Below, piece after piece: positions 26,126 through 39,257 of a DNA stretch of 64,000 nt (position 1 is its first letter; every line of letters starts with the position of its first letter). This DNA comes from Felis catus (lineage: Eukaryota). Made by a program: the position numbers and the translations under genes. The notes beneath the pieces are model-generated. The model searched no databases, was not told the origin of the DNA, and saw only the letters and a program-made list of their open reading frames with translations. Where the stretch lies: the NCBI RefSeq assembly GCF_018350175.1, contig NC_058373.1, positions 100,566,001-100,630,000 on the forward strand, given 5' to 3'.

Positions 26126-26804
26126 CTAGAAAAACTAGTAAGAATTGAAATGGAAGTGGCAGAGATAAAACTGATGAGCTGAGGTAGGGTAAAAGCTATT
26201 TTGAAAACAAAGGTTGTAAACCAGATCCACCCTTAATGTGTGACCTACCCTACATTTTGATGGGTTCTAGGTCTGTCCATGAAAGACAGAATCCTGTCGG
26301 GCAATCAGAATTCCAAACAATTCAATCCAATATTCCAGGATTAGGAACATTTGTTATATGTGAAGTACAGTAACACCTTTCTCACCCACCAAAAAAAGTG
26401 TAATGCGTGATGTAGTTTATACAAAATGACAGGCAAAATAGCAAACAGGTTAAAAATAAAAATATACTATATCCATAAAAGATATTCTAAAGTATAAGGT
26501 CCCAATTTTTTCTAGTGAAAGACAAAGAACAGAACCATGGGTAGTAGTGCTAACCTCATATAAAAAGAGTAAGAGTGGTTAGCAATACAATGAAAATGTC
26601 AAGCAAAGGCAAGCATCTGTTCATAAACCTTACAGACATACACACCTGCCTCATTTAGTGCTAACCATATACGAAAGGTTCATTTCAGCAGGACAGCCAG
26701 CATGGTAGAGTGAGTGCCATTAAAAGTGCTTCAACAGCCATATTGTGCTTTCTTCAGTTTGAGTGGTCCTCAACAATCTCTTCCTAGTAGACTCTCTTTT
26801 CTTT

Positions 26805-27275
26805 CTGATTTTTTAAATTTAATTTTTCAATTTACATCCCAGTTAGCATATAGCACAACAATGATTTCAGGAGATTTCTTTTTTTTTTTTTTTAATTTTT
26901 TTTCAACGTTTATTTATTTTTGGGACAGAGAGAGACAGCATGAACGGGGGAGGGGCAGAGAGAGAGGGAGACACAGAATCGGAAACAGGCTCCAGGCTCT
27001 GAGCCATCAGCCCAGAGCCTGACACGGGGCTCGAACTCACGGACCGGGAGATCGTGACCTGGCTGAAGTCGGACGCTTAACCGACTGCGCCACCCAGGCG
27101 CCCCTTTTTTTTTTTTTTTTTAATTTTTTTTCAACGTTTATTTATTTTTGGGACAGAGAGAGACAGAGCAGATTTCAGGAGATTTCTTAATGCCCCTTAT
27201 CCATTTAGCCCTTCCCCCCTCCCACAACCCCTTCAGTAACCCTCTGTTTGTTCTCCATATTTAAGGACTCTCTCT
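26805..27275 (-). mobile_element. Carnivore L1 3' end interrupted by a SINE dimer
   Basis: TTTACATCCCAGTTAGCATATAG...; CCCTTCAGTAACCCTCTGTTTGTTCTCCATATTTAAG. Confidence 0.75.
26881..27170 (-). mobile_element. Young felid CanSINE (26881-27104) plus a second SINE 3' fragment (27105-27170)
   Basis: Both lie inside one 18-bp TSD, GATTTCAGGAGATTTCTT (26863 and 27171). Confidence 0.95.
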
Positions 27276-27309
27276 TTTCAATGACTGTCTTTTGATTCAC
27301 AGCAAGATT

Positions 27310-27507
27310 GTTTTTTCTTCTTCTTTTTCTTTTTTTGAGAGGGAGAGAGAGTGTGCACACATGAGGGTGCATGCGGGGGAGGGGCAGAAGGACAGGGAGA
27401 CTCTTAAGCAGTCTCCATGTGTGGAGATCTTGCCACTGTGAGATCATGACCTGAACTGAAATCAAGAGTAGGGGGCTGTTTGGATGACTGAGCCACCCAG
27501 GAGCCCC
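27310..27507 (-). mobile_element. CanSINE (older)
   Basis: GAGATCATGACCTGAACTGAAATCAAGAG...CTGAGCCACCCAGGAGCCCC. Confidence 0.88.
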
Positions 27508-28282
27508 AAGACTTTGTTCTCTAAAGCATAAACAAACTTGGGGGTACTTAATGTTAAAACATACCAGAGCCTTAGTGAAGGTCTAGATGGATAAAATAGG
27601 AGGACAGGAGATACCCTATCTAGAAGCCTATCTAGAAGCAATTCTACAGAATGAGAAGAAAATAATGGATGCAGTCAATAAAATACTAACTGAAAGTTGA
27701 TCATTTGTAATGAAGAGTAATATGAAGGCTTAGAAGTAATTCCAATTCTGCTCCCTGTGCATCACCTAAAGTTACTGAACGGCACCTTCCATAGCATATG
27801 ATATAGAAGATGTATGTTTGGCACAGTTAATCTAGTTCTTTGTCCCATATCATGTGTCTCAAGTGCTATCCTACATCAGTTTTCAAAATGATGGTTCACT
27901 GAGAAGTGGCCAAAAAGTGAATTAGTAATATTAGAGAGATTCCCATTCATATAGTTAAAATTATACTGTAGCAAATAAACTCTTAACTCTCAACTATTTG
28001 GAAAAGATTTCCATTCAGATGGAATTTATATTTGTCTAAGATTTCCAGATACCTGAAGTCCTGGGGTACAGAAGTACCAATAACAATGTAATTTCCAAAG
28101 GCTGGCCTGGCCTCAAAAGTCATTTGACAGATTTTATTTAAACATACAATGATTATAAAGATTATCTAGATATAGCTTAATGTAATAAGACATTAGAATA
28201 AATATTAATGAGTATATAGTTTATTCTTGTATGGCAACTGATAAGATTAAAAAGCAGTACATAAAATAGAATTATTTTTATA

Positions 28283-28434
28283 TGATCATATCAAGATTTC
28301 CACCATTTTTCTTTAGTTCTCTGGCATAGGCAATCTTGATAGTAAACCGTGGGTAATGGTTTTCACAATCTTGAATTTCACTTGTCCCCTAATGTTTTCA
28401 CCATCTTGGGGACTCCTGTCCCCTAACTGGGAGT
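28283..28434 (+). repeat. Copy 1 of a 152-154 bp local direct duplication
   Basis: Matches 37056-37209 except for 1 substitution and 2 single-base indels. Confidence 0.95.
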
Positions 28435-28633
28435 ACCAAAAAGTATCTACATTTTGCCTTTCATTCCATTAATCCACTCATTTGTCAGTGATTCAACATC
28501 TTTTGTGAGTATAATTTCCCTTTACCAAAGTGGACACAAAAGAGTAGAATTGTAAGTTATATAAACTGGCTCTACAAAATGAAGTTTTTTCTTGTTCCAC
28601 TTTTAACTTAGCTTTTAGAGATGTGCCCTGGCC

Positions 28634-28791
<158 letters not shown>

Positions 28792-29094
28792 CTAGTATTT
28801 ATACCCTTTATCAGTGATGAAGTTTCTCTTGATAACATGTACAGGTTAAATGTTATTACACTCATAAAAGATAAAGGACTTAGATTAGATTCCCCAACAA
28901 TCAGGGATTCTAGAACTGTCTACCTCACCACCTCTTTTGCCCCAATAATCATCTTAGGCTTCCTGTGAGTGCATTTCCCATTTCCCTCTCCCTTCTGTCT
29001 CCCTACTCTCTTCACCCAGTGTCCATAATTTTATGAGGATTCCATGACCAGCACATCCAGCTCCCCCACCCCCGATCAGAAAAGGATCACCCCA

Positions 29095-29316
29095 GGGCGC
29101 CTGGGTGGCGCAGTCGGTTAAGTGTCCAACTTCAGCCAGGTCACGATCTCGCGGTCCGTGAGTTCGAGCCCCGCGTCAGGCTCTGGGCTGATGTGTCAGA
29201 GCCTGGAGCCTGTTTCTGATTCTGTGTCTCCCTCTCTCTCTGCCCCTCCCCCGTTCATGCTCTGTCTCTCTCTGTCCCAAAAATAAATAAACGTTGGAAA
29301 AAAAAAATTTAGAAAA
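29095..29316 (+). mobile_element. Young felid CanSINE
   Basis: TSD AGAAAAGGATCACCCC at 29078 and 29317; most CpGs retained. Confidence 0.96.
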
Positions 29317-31094
29317 AGAAAAGGATCACCCCTAAAATTCCAGACATCAAAGCATCAAAGATCTTAGCAAAGCAGAAACTATAGGGTGTGATGTGGAGAT
29401 AAAAGACCCAGGATATAAGATTTGGAAGAAGGAGCAGTACAAAAGTTCTCTTTTATGAAAAACTTGTAAAGGAGGGAAAAAAGGGGGGGGTGACATATGC
29501 AGTAAAGAAAGACATACCAATGACTCTGAACATTTATATAAAGCATGTGTACAACATGCATTATTACATTTGTGCCATATACAAATAAGGTGGATCAATA
29601 ACTGATACTAGATCAGTTTTAAAGTAATGGTACAATGTAAAGGAAAACAAAAGTCCTGAATACCTTGGCCAGGTTGTACTAAGTCCTGCCCTCCATACAG
29701 ATGTCTCAGTGTCATTCTTATCTTTGTACTCTTTCAGGAGGTCACTGAAAAATGCAGTCTAAAGCAGGCTTGATCTAAAACAGGGTTCTCAGAAAACTTC
29801 TGCCAGGATTCTGCAAACCTGAGCAGCCAGGGTTCCAATACAGCCCAAGGCTGCTTTCCAGTCTGGGCTACTGGGAGACAATGCAGTTAAAAAGAAAAGA
29901 CTCAACACTTTTTCAGAATCAGGCATGACAATATCTGGTCTCTACTCCCTATAGTTTGCTTTACTGGAGGCAGAAACTGATCAAGAAAGAGTGCCTTCTA
30001 CCAGGTTGGACTCCATTACTTTCCCATGATGCCCTGTGAGATGGTTACAGTCATGCCGAATTAATAAACACCATTTAATTTGGGTACTTTCAGAAAGAGC
30101 CCTTATTTTCTATCTCATTTTGGTGGGAGTATTATTTTTTCCTCAATATATCATGAAGACGGGTTAATTTCTAAAATGTTTGAAAGTGGTTTAGAATTAT
30201 AATAATGCAAGTAGACCTCAAGTATACCAGAAAGCGGGGGAGGGGGAAGAAACTACACATTCATATAAATATTTGGTCAAATAAATAACTTTAGTCAATA
30301 AATGGAAATTACATACTCCCTTGTGCATAATGCACACATCACTGCCATAAGAACTGCTTTGAGACTATTCTGAACTCATTAAGTATCTCCATAATGTTCC
30401 ATATGCCTTTCCACCACTATTACTAAATGCTTGGGCCACTTTCTTGCTAATTCTTTACAAACACTCTTTCACCTGTGATGACATAAAGGCCAATAACAAC
30501 AAACCTCGGGTACTTGACAATTTGGCACTGGTCAACCTTATTAACTTTCATGTGAGTTTCTACAAATAAGGATTATTGTTTTCTGAGATCCACATAGTTA
30601 GGGTTAAACTTAGTACTTTGTGCCAACCATTGTTCCAGGCACGTTATATACAATAATTCTCAAAACAAGCCTATGATATGGCTACAAGTAGTTTAGGAAG
30701 AAGAAGGGGAACAAGGGAGTTCACTTAGCCATTACTCAGCAATAATCAATTTTTTATCTAAAATGTCTACAGGCAGTAAGAAAAATATCTAAACAGACAA
30801 TAAAATGAAAATAAACTTCCTATAACACTTTTTTCATATATAATAATATTGGCTTCCTGTCTATAGAAGACAAATTCTATTTCCCTTCTGATTCATGTAC
30901 CCAAAATTGGTTCAAATTTTATCTGCTAGTAAGAGTTCAAAAGGAAGAACAAATATAAGTGACACATTTCTTTTAGACTGAGCATAACTAACTTACTGGC
31001 CTTGACACCCAGGTGTAGTGGGCTCAATTAAGTCACAAAAAGCCTAAATCAGCACTGGAATCCTACTACCACTTTGTAGGAATTTTTGGAAGTT

Positions 31095-31294
31095 TTTTTA
31101 AATTTCAATTTTTTTAATGTTTATTTAATTTTGAGGGAGAGAAAGAGAGAGTGTTAGAGGGAAGGGGGAGAGGATCTGAAGCAGGCTCTGCACTGACAGC
31201 AGAGAACCTGAGGTACAGCCTGAACTCAGGAACTGTGAGACCGTGACCTGAGTCGAAGTCGGACGCTTAACCAACTGAGCCACACAAGTGCCCC
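31095..31294 (-). mobile_element. CanSINE
   Basis: GAAGTCGGACGCTTAACCAACTGAGCCAC antisense head. Confidence 0.9.
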
Positions 31295-32309
31295 AGGAGT
31301 TGTGTTTTATTTATTTTTTTTTTTTAAACTTTCATTGCCACCATTCAGAAAGTTTCCAGAAAGGTTAAAAAAGTAAAATGAGAAGAAAGTCAAAAGCTGC
31401 AAAAGCTGAAGAGACCATACTGGGGCTGACCCCTCTCCCCCGCAAGAGAAACGTGAGAATTTACATAATACAGAGACCTGAAGAACCAATTGGAGCAAAG
31501 TGACATGGGAGTGGGGATTTTGTGGGGAGTGGTAAAACATGGACAAAAAGCACTACTGTATTTCCATTGTAGCTCATAAGGAAGGCCTGGGACACCCACA
31601 GGATTGTATATCACAGAAAAGTATTTAGAAAATGCTAAAATGGAGTCAAAATAGGTGTTGCTGTCATGCTAGTTAACACAAATTAATTTACAACTTATAA
31701 CTGGCCTGTCGGCTATCTGCTTTTGAAAAGAAAATGTGAGAAGACTAGTCCACATTTCCTTTCAGATTAACTTCTGTAAGCCCTCACTGATTTTCTCTTG
31801 ATTTATGACAAGACCATTGTAATGATATTTCCCAACTCTTCAATTTAACCTTTGAATTAATCACCTAAGTAATAGAGAACTTTCAATTGTTTCGTTTCTT
31901 AATACTCACAGGATAAAGTTCACAGTCTTTAGCATTGCATATCTATCTTGTTCCTTTCCTAGTTACTCTCCCAGATGTACCATTCAAAGGCAGGTCCTCC
32001 TTTCACAATTTCCACCTGCCCTTGACCAAACAACTCTGTCTCTGTTATGGTCAAGTCCCAAGCCTACCCTATGTGTCTTGGCTGCTGTAGGTGCAGCCCT
32101 AATTTCCTCCAAATGCCATGTAACTTCATGCTTCTCTGTCCCTGCATATGTTACCCTGTCTGGCTGAAAAGCCTTTCCTTGCATCTCCCCAATTTTTTTT
32201 GCTTCAATTCACCCTTTAGAACTCAGTCTTACATTATCTGGGAAGCTTTCCTGATACTGTTACCCTTGGGTGGTGGGTGGGTCAGATGCTCTTTGGACAC
32301 CACACTAGA

Positions 32310-32460
32310 CTTTAAAATGCTTCATCACTTCTAGCTGAGTAACCTTGGACAAGTTCATTAATTTCACTGAGCCTGTCTCTTCATAAAGAGAATGATATCA
32401 CTATGAAAGAATGTGAAAAATCACTTTATAAACAGTAAAGCACTATGCAAGCACTAACAA
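32310..32460 (+). mobile_element. MIR
   Basis: CTAGCTGAGTAACCTTGGACAAGTTCATTAATTTCACTGAGCCT. Confidence 0.7.
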
Positions 32461-34168
32461 TTTTATCATAAACCAAGAGAGTACACAACATTCTAGGTGA
32501 ACATACTTTAGTCAATTTAAGGGTAGGATTCATTCATTCTTTGGTCTCCAGACTCCTCTCCAAGGATGCCCTGCAAAGTTTTACCCAACGTTTTGGCTCC
32601 ACTAAGTCCTGTTCTTCTATATTCAAAGGAAAAAAAATCTATAGTGATGTCTAGAACATTTGAAAAGACTAAGTGGAAAACTCCTGAAGAGTAAGGATTG
32701 TCCTTTCTTCCACCTTTCCCATGCCTTCACAAGACTACTGTATTATGCACACACAAATACTTGGCAAGAAGTAAAGAGCTGAATGAATGAATGAATAAAT
32801 GAATGAGTGAACATAAGCATACCCCATCCTTAGTGAGCTTGTAATTAAAGGGAGTGATGTGACAAATCCCATATGAATCTGGCCTTGTGAAAATGTTAAC
32901 AAATGCCTTCAATGTCAGTGAGAAATTTAATTTTCTGCCATGCTTATTTTATTTGGTGACTTGATACATACTGTAATTGCTATCTTAGGGACTCAGGCTT
33001 AACATATGAATGTTTTAACATTATCAGAATCACCCATGCAATTCAATACCTATTTATTAAATATCTACTGCACTAGGCTCAATAAGAGTATGAAGATAAA
33101 GGTGAACTCTGCCCATAAATTGCTTAAAATACAGAAAGGAAGCTAAGTCACCAATATATATTAATACAAAATAGAATATTATAAAATACATGGAAGACCG
33201 AAGGCTAGTAACAGTCAATGAAGACATCTGAGTTAAGGCACTAGGCCCATAAAACTAAAACTATATATTACAAATTATTGGTGGCCAAAAGTTTCATTAG
33301 AGTAGAATATACATATATTACATATGTAACATTTGCTTTTAATCTAATTTAATTACAAACTTATTTGTGTTGTTATCTAATTGAAGAAGAACCATTGTTA
33401 ACTTATATCACACGTGTGCCAAGCACAGTTTCCAGCCAGTTAGGTACATTATTTCATTTACTCTACGACGTAGATACAAGTATCCCTATTTTATAAATGA
33501 GGAAACCAAGGCATAGGCCTTGCCACTTTTCAAGGTTAGGAGGCAAACTGAGAATACGTAAACAAGAACCTCAGAGACAAAAACGAGTATTCCACAGAGA
33601 GTGAGCGGACCCATTTGCCAGCACTGCTTTTCATTTCTCCCCAACGCACCCGGTGGAAACCACCTATCTCCTTTCCCTTCCCGCTGTACTGTTTTTTTTT
33701 TTTTTTTTCCCCCCGAGCCCATAACTTAACTGTTGATTCTCGTGCAGATCACCTCAAGCATTCCCACTTCAGAGGACAGGCTGCTCTTTAAATCATAGGC
33801 AGTTCAGAGTAAATAAGACTGAATCAGATCCCCAGGTGGACAAAGCTCAGGTAGGATCACGAAATTAAACCTTCGGGCTGGGCATCCGTTCCTGGATCAC
33901 CTCCAAGGGATGGCAGCAGCACCCAGCTCACCCAGGAGGCGCTACCCTGGCGGTATCTTCTCCTACTGACCCCACGCGGCTTGTATTTTGCCATCTGGTC
34001 ATTCACCCTTCACCTGCCGGCGCTGCGGGTCTAATCTCCATCCTGCTCCTACCAAACGCCAGGCCTCAAACGCCTCCCTCTCCGCGGCGGTCAATCCCGA
34101 ACCCACCCGTGCTCCTCGGCCCCCGCAGCAGCAGCCCGTCCCGCTCCCTCCCCCGGCCGGCTACTCAC

Positions 34169-34997
34169 GGTTCCAGTACACCGGGTAGCACTCTCCTTGG
34201 GTCACATCCACCTCGTACAGGCCGCCCCGCACACACACCCGCTCGATGTTCACCAGCTCCTCCATCTCGGGCTCGTGCCCCGCGCCGCGCGGGCAGAAGC
34301 CGCAGACGCGGTCCTCATCGTCGTCCTCCCCCGAGCTGGAGGCTGGGCCGCACACAGGGTCGCCGTCCGGGTCCCCTGCCCGGGGCAGGCCACCCGTGGC
34401 CTGCAGCAGCGTTCGGAAAGCGAGCTCGATGCGGAGCGAGTCATAGCCGATGAAGGGCTTCCAGGTCTTCTTGTCCTCCTTGTAGAACCAGCGAACCTCC
34501 TCCGGGCCAAGCTCGGTCACTACCTCGTAGCGATGCCGGGCGGCCGCGCCGCCAGGCCGGGTGCGCTTCCTCTCCCCGAGCCCTCCTCCCGCCGCCCCGC
34601 TGCCCCCAGCGCTCGACGGGACCAGCGGCGGCTGGGGCGGCGGGTGCAGCGACGAGGAACTGCCGCCGCCGCCACTCTCGCCTTCGCTGTAGTAGCGCAG
34701 CGAAGAACCGGACTCCGCGGAGCTGAAGTCGTAGGTCTCATCACTGAGACAGGAGTCGAGCGTCAGGTGGTGGTTGTGGTCCTCCGCGCCCGGCGCCAAG
34801 TGCAGCCCGGGCTCTCCGCGCAGCAGGGCCAGGGGCACCTCGCCGTCGCCCGGGTCCCCGCCGGGCAGGTGGTCGAAGCAGCACACGCCGCCACCGAACG
34901 CCGGCTCCGCATCTGAGCCCAGCTCCCAGGCTGCGTTGCCGCCGCCCCGGCCGTTATGGTCAGGGCTCCGCGGAGATCCGCGGCCCGGGTAATTCAT
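34169..34997 (-). CDS. DDHD1: DDHD1 (phospholipase DDHD1 / PA-PLA1, SPG28 gene), coding part of exon 1; 276 codons + 1 nt, phase-1 intron follows
   Basis: Translation MNYPGRGSPRSPDHNGRGGG...RWFYKEDKKTWKPFIGYDSLRIELAF...GGLYEVDVTQGECYPVYWN matches the mammalian DDHD1 N-terminus as I recall it. ATG at 34997 in context CACACCATGA; exon ends AAC C|GTGAGT (donor GT at 34168-34167), consistent with the continuation Q-ADKIPV. Confidence 0.97.
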
Positions 34998-35144
34998 GGT
35001 GTGGAGACGCCGCCGGCTGCCCGGCCCCGCGCCGAGCCGCGGCCCCCAGCGCTTCCGCCACACATTCAACGCCGTCGCCCTCTCCACCGGTAGTTTTTAA
35101 TCTTTCAAATCCCAACCGGGGCTGCGGCGGCAGCGGCAGCAGCA

Positions 35145-35290
35145 CCGGTGGCTCCGCCCCTCCGAGGCCAGCGGCAGCCGCAGGCACGTTCCAAGGCCCG
35201 CCCCATTGTCGCGCAGCCCGACGTGGGCGGTGCTTAGTGCCGGCCCCGCCCCTAGGGCCGCGCGCGCCGCACCGGAAGCATCTCGTCTGC
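35145..35290. promoter_or_regulatory. TATA-less core promoter with Sp/KLF GC boxes and an ETS-like site
   Basis: CTCCGCCCC 35152-35160, GCCCGCCCC 35196-35204, GGGCGG 35225-35230, CCCCGCCCC 35244-35252, GCGCGCGC ~35260, CCGGAAG 35272-35278; 150-280 bp upstream of the ATG. Confidence 0.7.
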
Positions 35291-35899
35291 CCGCGCCTGG
35301 CGTTAGCCTCGTGGCTTTCCCCTCTGGCCTGCGGTAGTGGGTCAGCTCAGGGCACCTGCAACTCTTAGGATTTCTCAATTCTCTTACGCCTCCCCTTTCT
35401 TCTTCCTGCACACCTGCCTCGGCCCCCGCCTTTCTGAGGTTCAGAGCCCAGATGAGGAGAAGCTTTATCCCACTCATCCTGGCAATCTGGGTCATGAGCC
35501 CAAGGGCTTAAGGTACAGGAGAGGGCCCCTGGAAGTTGGGTTCTCCTGACACTGCTTTTGTGGTCTTAGGTCCTCATTTGGACCTTCTCAGTCACCTAGC
35601 TCTGGTTCCTCCAGAGCTGTAGGCCCACACGAAGGCACCCCACCGCATACGTGCGATCTCTAATGTTGACATCACCAATGCCACTCAGAAACCAGAGTCT
35701 AAACCTCTCTGAAGAAGCCACCTCATATTATTGTTTATTTTTCGATACTTGTTTCCTGTTTTCTCAACCTCACTGTTAGGCCATCGGTGGAGACCAAGTC
35801 CATATGTCTCAACCTCTCCCACACAGTGGGTGCATAATCAACGTTCATTATAATGATGGCAAGTGCAACCGATTGTGATAGATTATTTTGAAAGCCAGA

Positions 35900-36050
35900 A
35901 AACATTAGATTCTAGACTTAGTTTTACTAACTAACCACAGGCAAGTCACTTCATCTCCTTGATCTTTTTGGTTTCCTCATCTGTAAAATGAAGTGATTAT
36001 TGAACCAGATGATCTCTAAAATGTCTTCCAGCAATGGAATTCTATGATCC
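35900..36050 (+). mobile_element. MIR (MIR3-like)
   Basis: GGCAAGTCACTT...GTTTCCTCATCTGTAAAATG...GATGATCTCTAA...ATTCTATGAT. Confidence 0.75.
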
Positions 36051-37055
36051 AACAGTTTCTTCATGTTCTTTACGCATCTCTGATTCTGCAGCTTACTTTC
36101 TGGGATCAGATTGAATGCTGAAGCTCCCCTATGTAGTTATTTTATACTACAAAAAAGTAATTTTATGAGCACATCACCCTATGTTGAGAATCCAGAGAAA
36201 AACAATCTCCAACCTCAGTGTTCTCGATTCATGACCAGACAATCTTCACTGTTTCTTTTACTCCTTTGGTGGAGGAATCAGATTCCTGGGGCAGTTTTTC
36301 TTGCCTTGTGATCTAACCTGTTAGATTAAGTCATAATTTAAAGCAGGATGGTCTCTAGCTTGTACAGTGTTAGATGAATTTGAAAGGACATTACCTCCTG
36401 TGTGCAAGGTAAGATACAAAACAGTGTTGCAATTCATATCTTGGAAAGCAGAGTATGGTTTGTTTTGCTACAATTTGTGCCATTGCCCAAATGATAATTT
36501 TATGTAGTGAACAACCTGTCCGACTGAACACTGCAGCCCTGACTCAAACATCTAAGATCAGAACCCTCATCTCCATTTATACTGCTTTCTGAATGCTTGC
36601 TTTTCAGTTTCTTCTCCAGTCTTTCTATGACAACATGCAGAATATGAAGTTTAGTTATGAGCTTTGCTCTGTTTACTTCCCATGAAAGTATTTATTCTAC
36701 AGTGCTTTGATAGTCACTTTTGTTCTGGGTGTCAATAAAAAAGAGAATGGGAGAGACTCAGTTCCTTCTTTAAGGACCTTATAGTCTAGTGGGGGATATA
36801 GGCAAATAAACAGATACATTAGCGTAGGGTGTGATAAGTACCATGAAGTGGATTCAAAATAAGAGATATAACGTTTAAAATATGTCTATTTCTTTAGGTT
36901 TCTTGATGGAGCATAGCCTACCCGTATGACTTCTGATTATTTTAGCCAAATGTTAACTCATTAGGACCATACAATTCCTATTAATGAATATCATCCTTTA
37001 TAAAAAAAGATTACTCTCTACCTTGTATTAAATGCATATTTCTATTGTTTAAATG

Positions 37056-37209
37056 TGATCATATCAAGATTTCCACCATTTTTCTTTAGTTCTCTGGCAT
37101 AGGCAATCTTGATAGTAAACCGTGGGTAGTGGTTTTCACAATCTTGAATTTCACTTGTCCCCCTAATGTTTTCACCATCTTGGGGACTCCTGTCCCCTAA
37201 TCTGGGAGT
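37056..37209 (+). repeat. Copy 2 of a 152-154 bp local direct duplication
   Basis: Matches 28283-28434 (TGATCATATCAAGATTTCC...CTGGGAGT). Confidence 0.95.
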
Positions 37210-38456
37210 TATCCTCTTCTGGTCCATTGTGTAAGGCCATACTCTTTTAGGTAGCCTTAAGAGGCTCTTGATCCTCAAAGATGATGAAAAAAAAAAAACA
37301 CCCAAACAAACCCCACAATCCAGTTGACAGGAGAAGGGATCCCACATTCTTTTCTGATTTCACTATTTTGGTTTAGACTTTGGTGAAGGGAGATGTCACT
37401 CAGTATTTTGGGGAGTTTAGATTGCTTCTGCCTCTTGGAAGTGAGCCGAACTAGAAGGACAGACCCATGTGGCTGGCCCCAGGCTGACAGTGAGTAAAAG
37501 ATACGTGAAAATATAATTTCTAATTTCGTGCAACTGTATGTGCTTATTTGCTTGTTATTCCTTAGCCATGTCGAGGCAAAGGCCATGAAGTTGCTCCTCT
37601 CAGCTTCCTTTTCTGCTTAAAAAAAAATCATCCTTCCTGCTACTACTCTCCTACTTTTGCTCTTTTGAGTATCTTTTTAGATCATAATATCCTGATAAGG
37701 AGGGGAAGGTTTCCTCTGTGCAGTCCGAACTTGTTGGCATAGGTGTCAGGTGGCTCCTTATCACTACTCTACATTATAATTGTATGCAGTTGACACAGCA
37801 GTATCTGAACATTCATGGTATGTGTGTAAAGCATTATATTATATTTTAGTCATTACCCAAGATCAAGCCTCCTACGGGTAAGCCAAATAAGTTTGATTGA
37901 TTCAGACTTCTGGTATTTGTGTATCTAGGCTGCTGCAATAACCAGGTGGAGGTGGAACCAAGCCTGGGGGAGTTCCTGTGGGCGTGGGAGAGAAAAAAGA
38001 GGCAAAGGCAGGTGATTTGTACTATTAAAGACTGAAGTAATTCATCTGCACATCCTGCCATCTTCTCTTCCCCATTAGATATATATATGACTGGGGCTAT
38101 CTAGCAACAACAACCATCTTCCCCTCCTTATCTCCCGAAAGTTACATGGTGCAATTTTATACCCCCTTTCCCTTTTCTTCTCTAAGGTTTCCCTGTTGCT
38201 CATTTTAATCCATTTTCACCTATATAAAAATATCAGGAGTAGCCTTATGCCATGCGGTTTATACTGAGCCAATAACCCACACCCATATTTGAAATGACTT
38301 TGTCCAAAGTATGTGATGGAAAATTTCGAATGAAGAAAGAGGGTGGCTATATAGCCATACCCCTATCTGCTCTATCTCCGATTTGATAAGCCATCCACTA
38401 CATTACAATTTTTATTGTACTTTTTATTTTTGTAGGATTACTATTTATCCAGTTTG

Positions 38457-38764
38457 AATGTCCTAGTGTTTTCATGCTACTTTAACAAAATACCATAAAC
38501 TGCATAGCTTATCAACAATAAACATTTATTTCTCACAGTTCTGGAGGCTGGGAAGTTCAAGATCATGGTGCCGGCAGATGTGTGTGGTGAGATCTTCATG
38601 GCTCACTGACAGTCATCTTTTCATTGGGTCTCCATGTATCAGAAGGAACGAGGGAGCTCTGCGAGGCTTCTTTTATAAGGGCCCACCTCCTAACCCCATC
38701 ACCTTGGGGATTAGGATTTCAACATGTGAATTTAGGAGGGTGCACAAACATTCAGACCATGACA
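38457..38764. mobile_element. MLT1A-type MaLR LTR
   Basis: ATTTATTTCTCACAGTTCTGGAGGCTGGGAAGTTCAAGATCA...ACAAACATTCAGACCATGACA. Confidence 0.88.
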
Positions 38765-39257
38765 GAGGGTGTCTTTTTTGGGTGCACAGGTTAAATGGAA
38801 TGATAAACTAGACTAAAGCAGGGAACATTCATTGAATATATATTAGTTATTTGCTAAGTTCCAGGTACTAGCTAGGCCCTACAGTGAAGCATTCCCAGTC
38901 TAGAGGTATCTTTAAATAAACCCAGAATGCCAACTTTTTAGCTTCTATAAGGAATATAGTTGTAATGCAGAATGACCGCAGGAGTCATTCTTTCCCTAAA
39001 GACAGATCAATAGAGGAAGCCAAATTACAATAAAAATGTAGCTATGTGAGCAGAAATAACATACGAAAACATAATGAATAAAGTCATTCATCCTTCTATT
39101 TATTCATTCAACAAATATTTATTGTCTACTGCTATTTTGCTGATGGTTTGTTTTGTGTTAATTGAAGTCACACTTAAAATGTAGAATTATCAAATGCATT
39201 TACTTAAAGATTTGGAAGAGGTCTGACCACAAAATTGTTCCTACCAAAACCCCATAA

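Larger units (their letters stand above)
33950..35350. promoter_or_regulatory. CpG island spanning DDHD1 promoter and exon 1
   Basis: Abrupt rise in GC content with dense CpGs against an AT-rich, CpG-depleted background. Confidence 0.93.

Noticed and set aside
34197..34916. 239-aa + strand ORF and other ORFs overlapping the CpG island
   Set aside because: Antisense or alternative-frame shadows of the GC-rich DDHD1 exon, where stop codons are rare; no ATG start for the long one and no recognisable domain.
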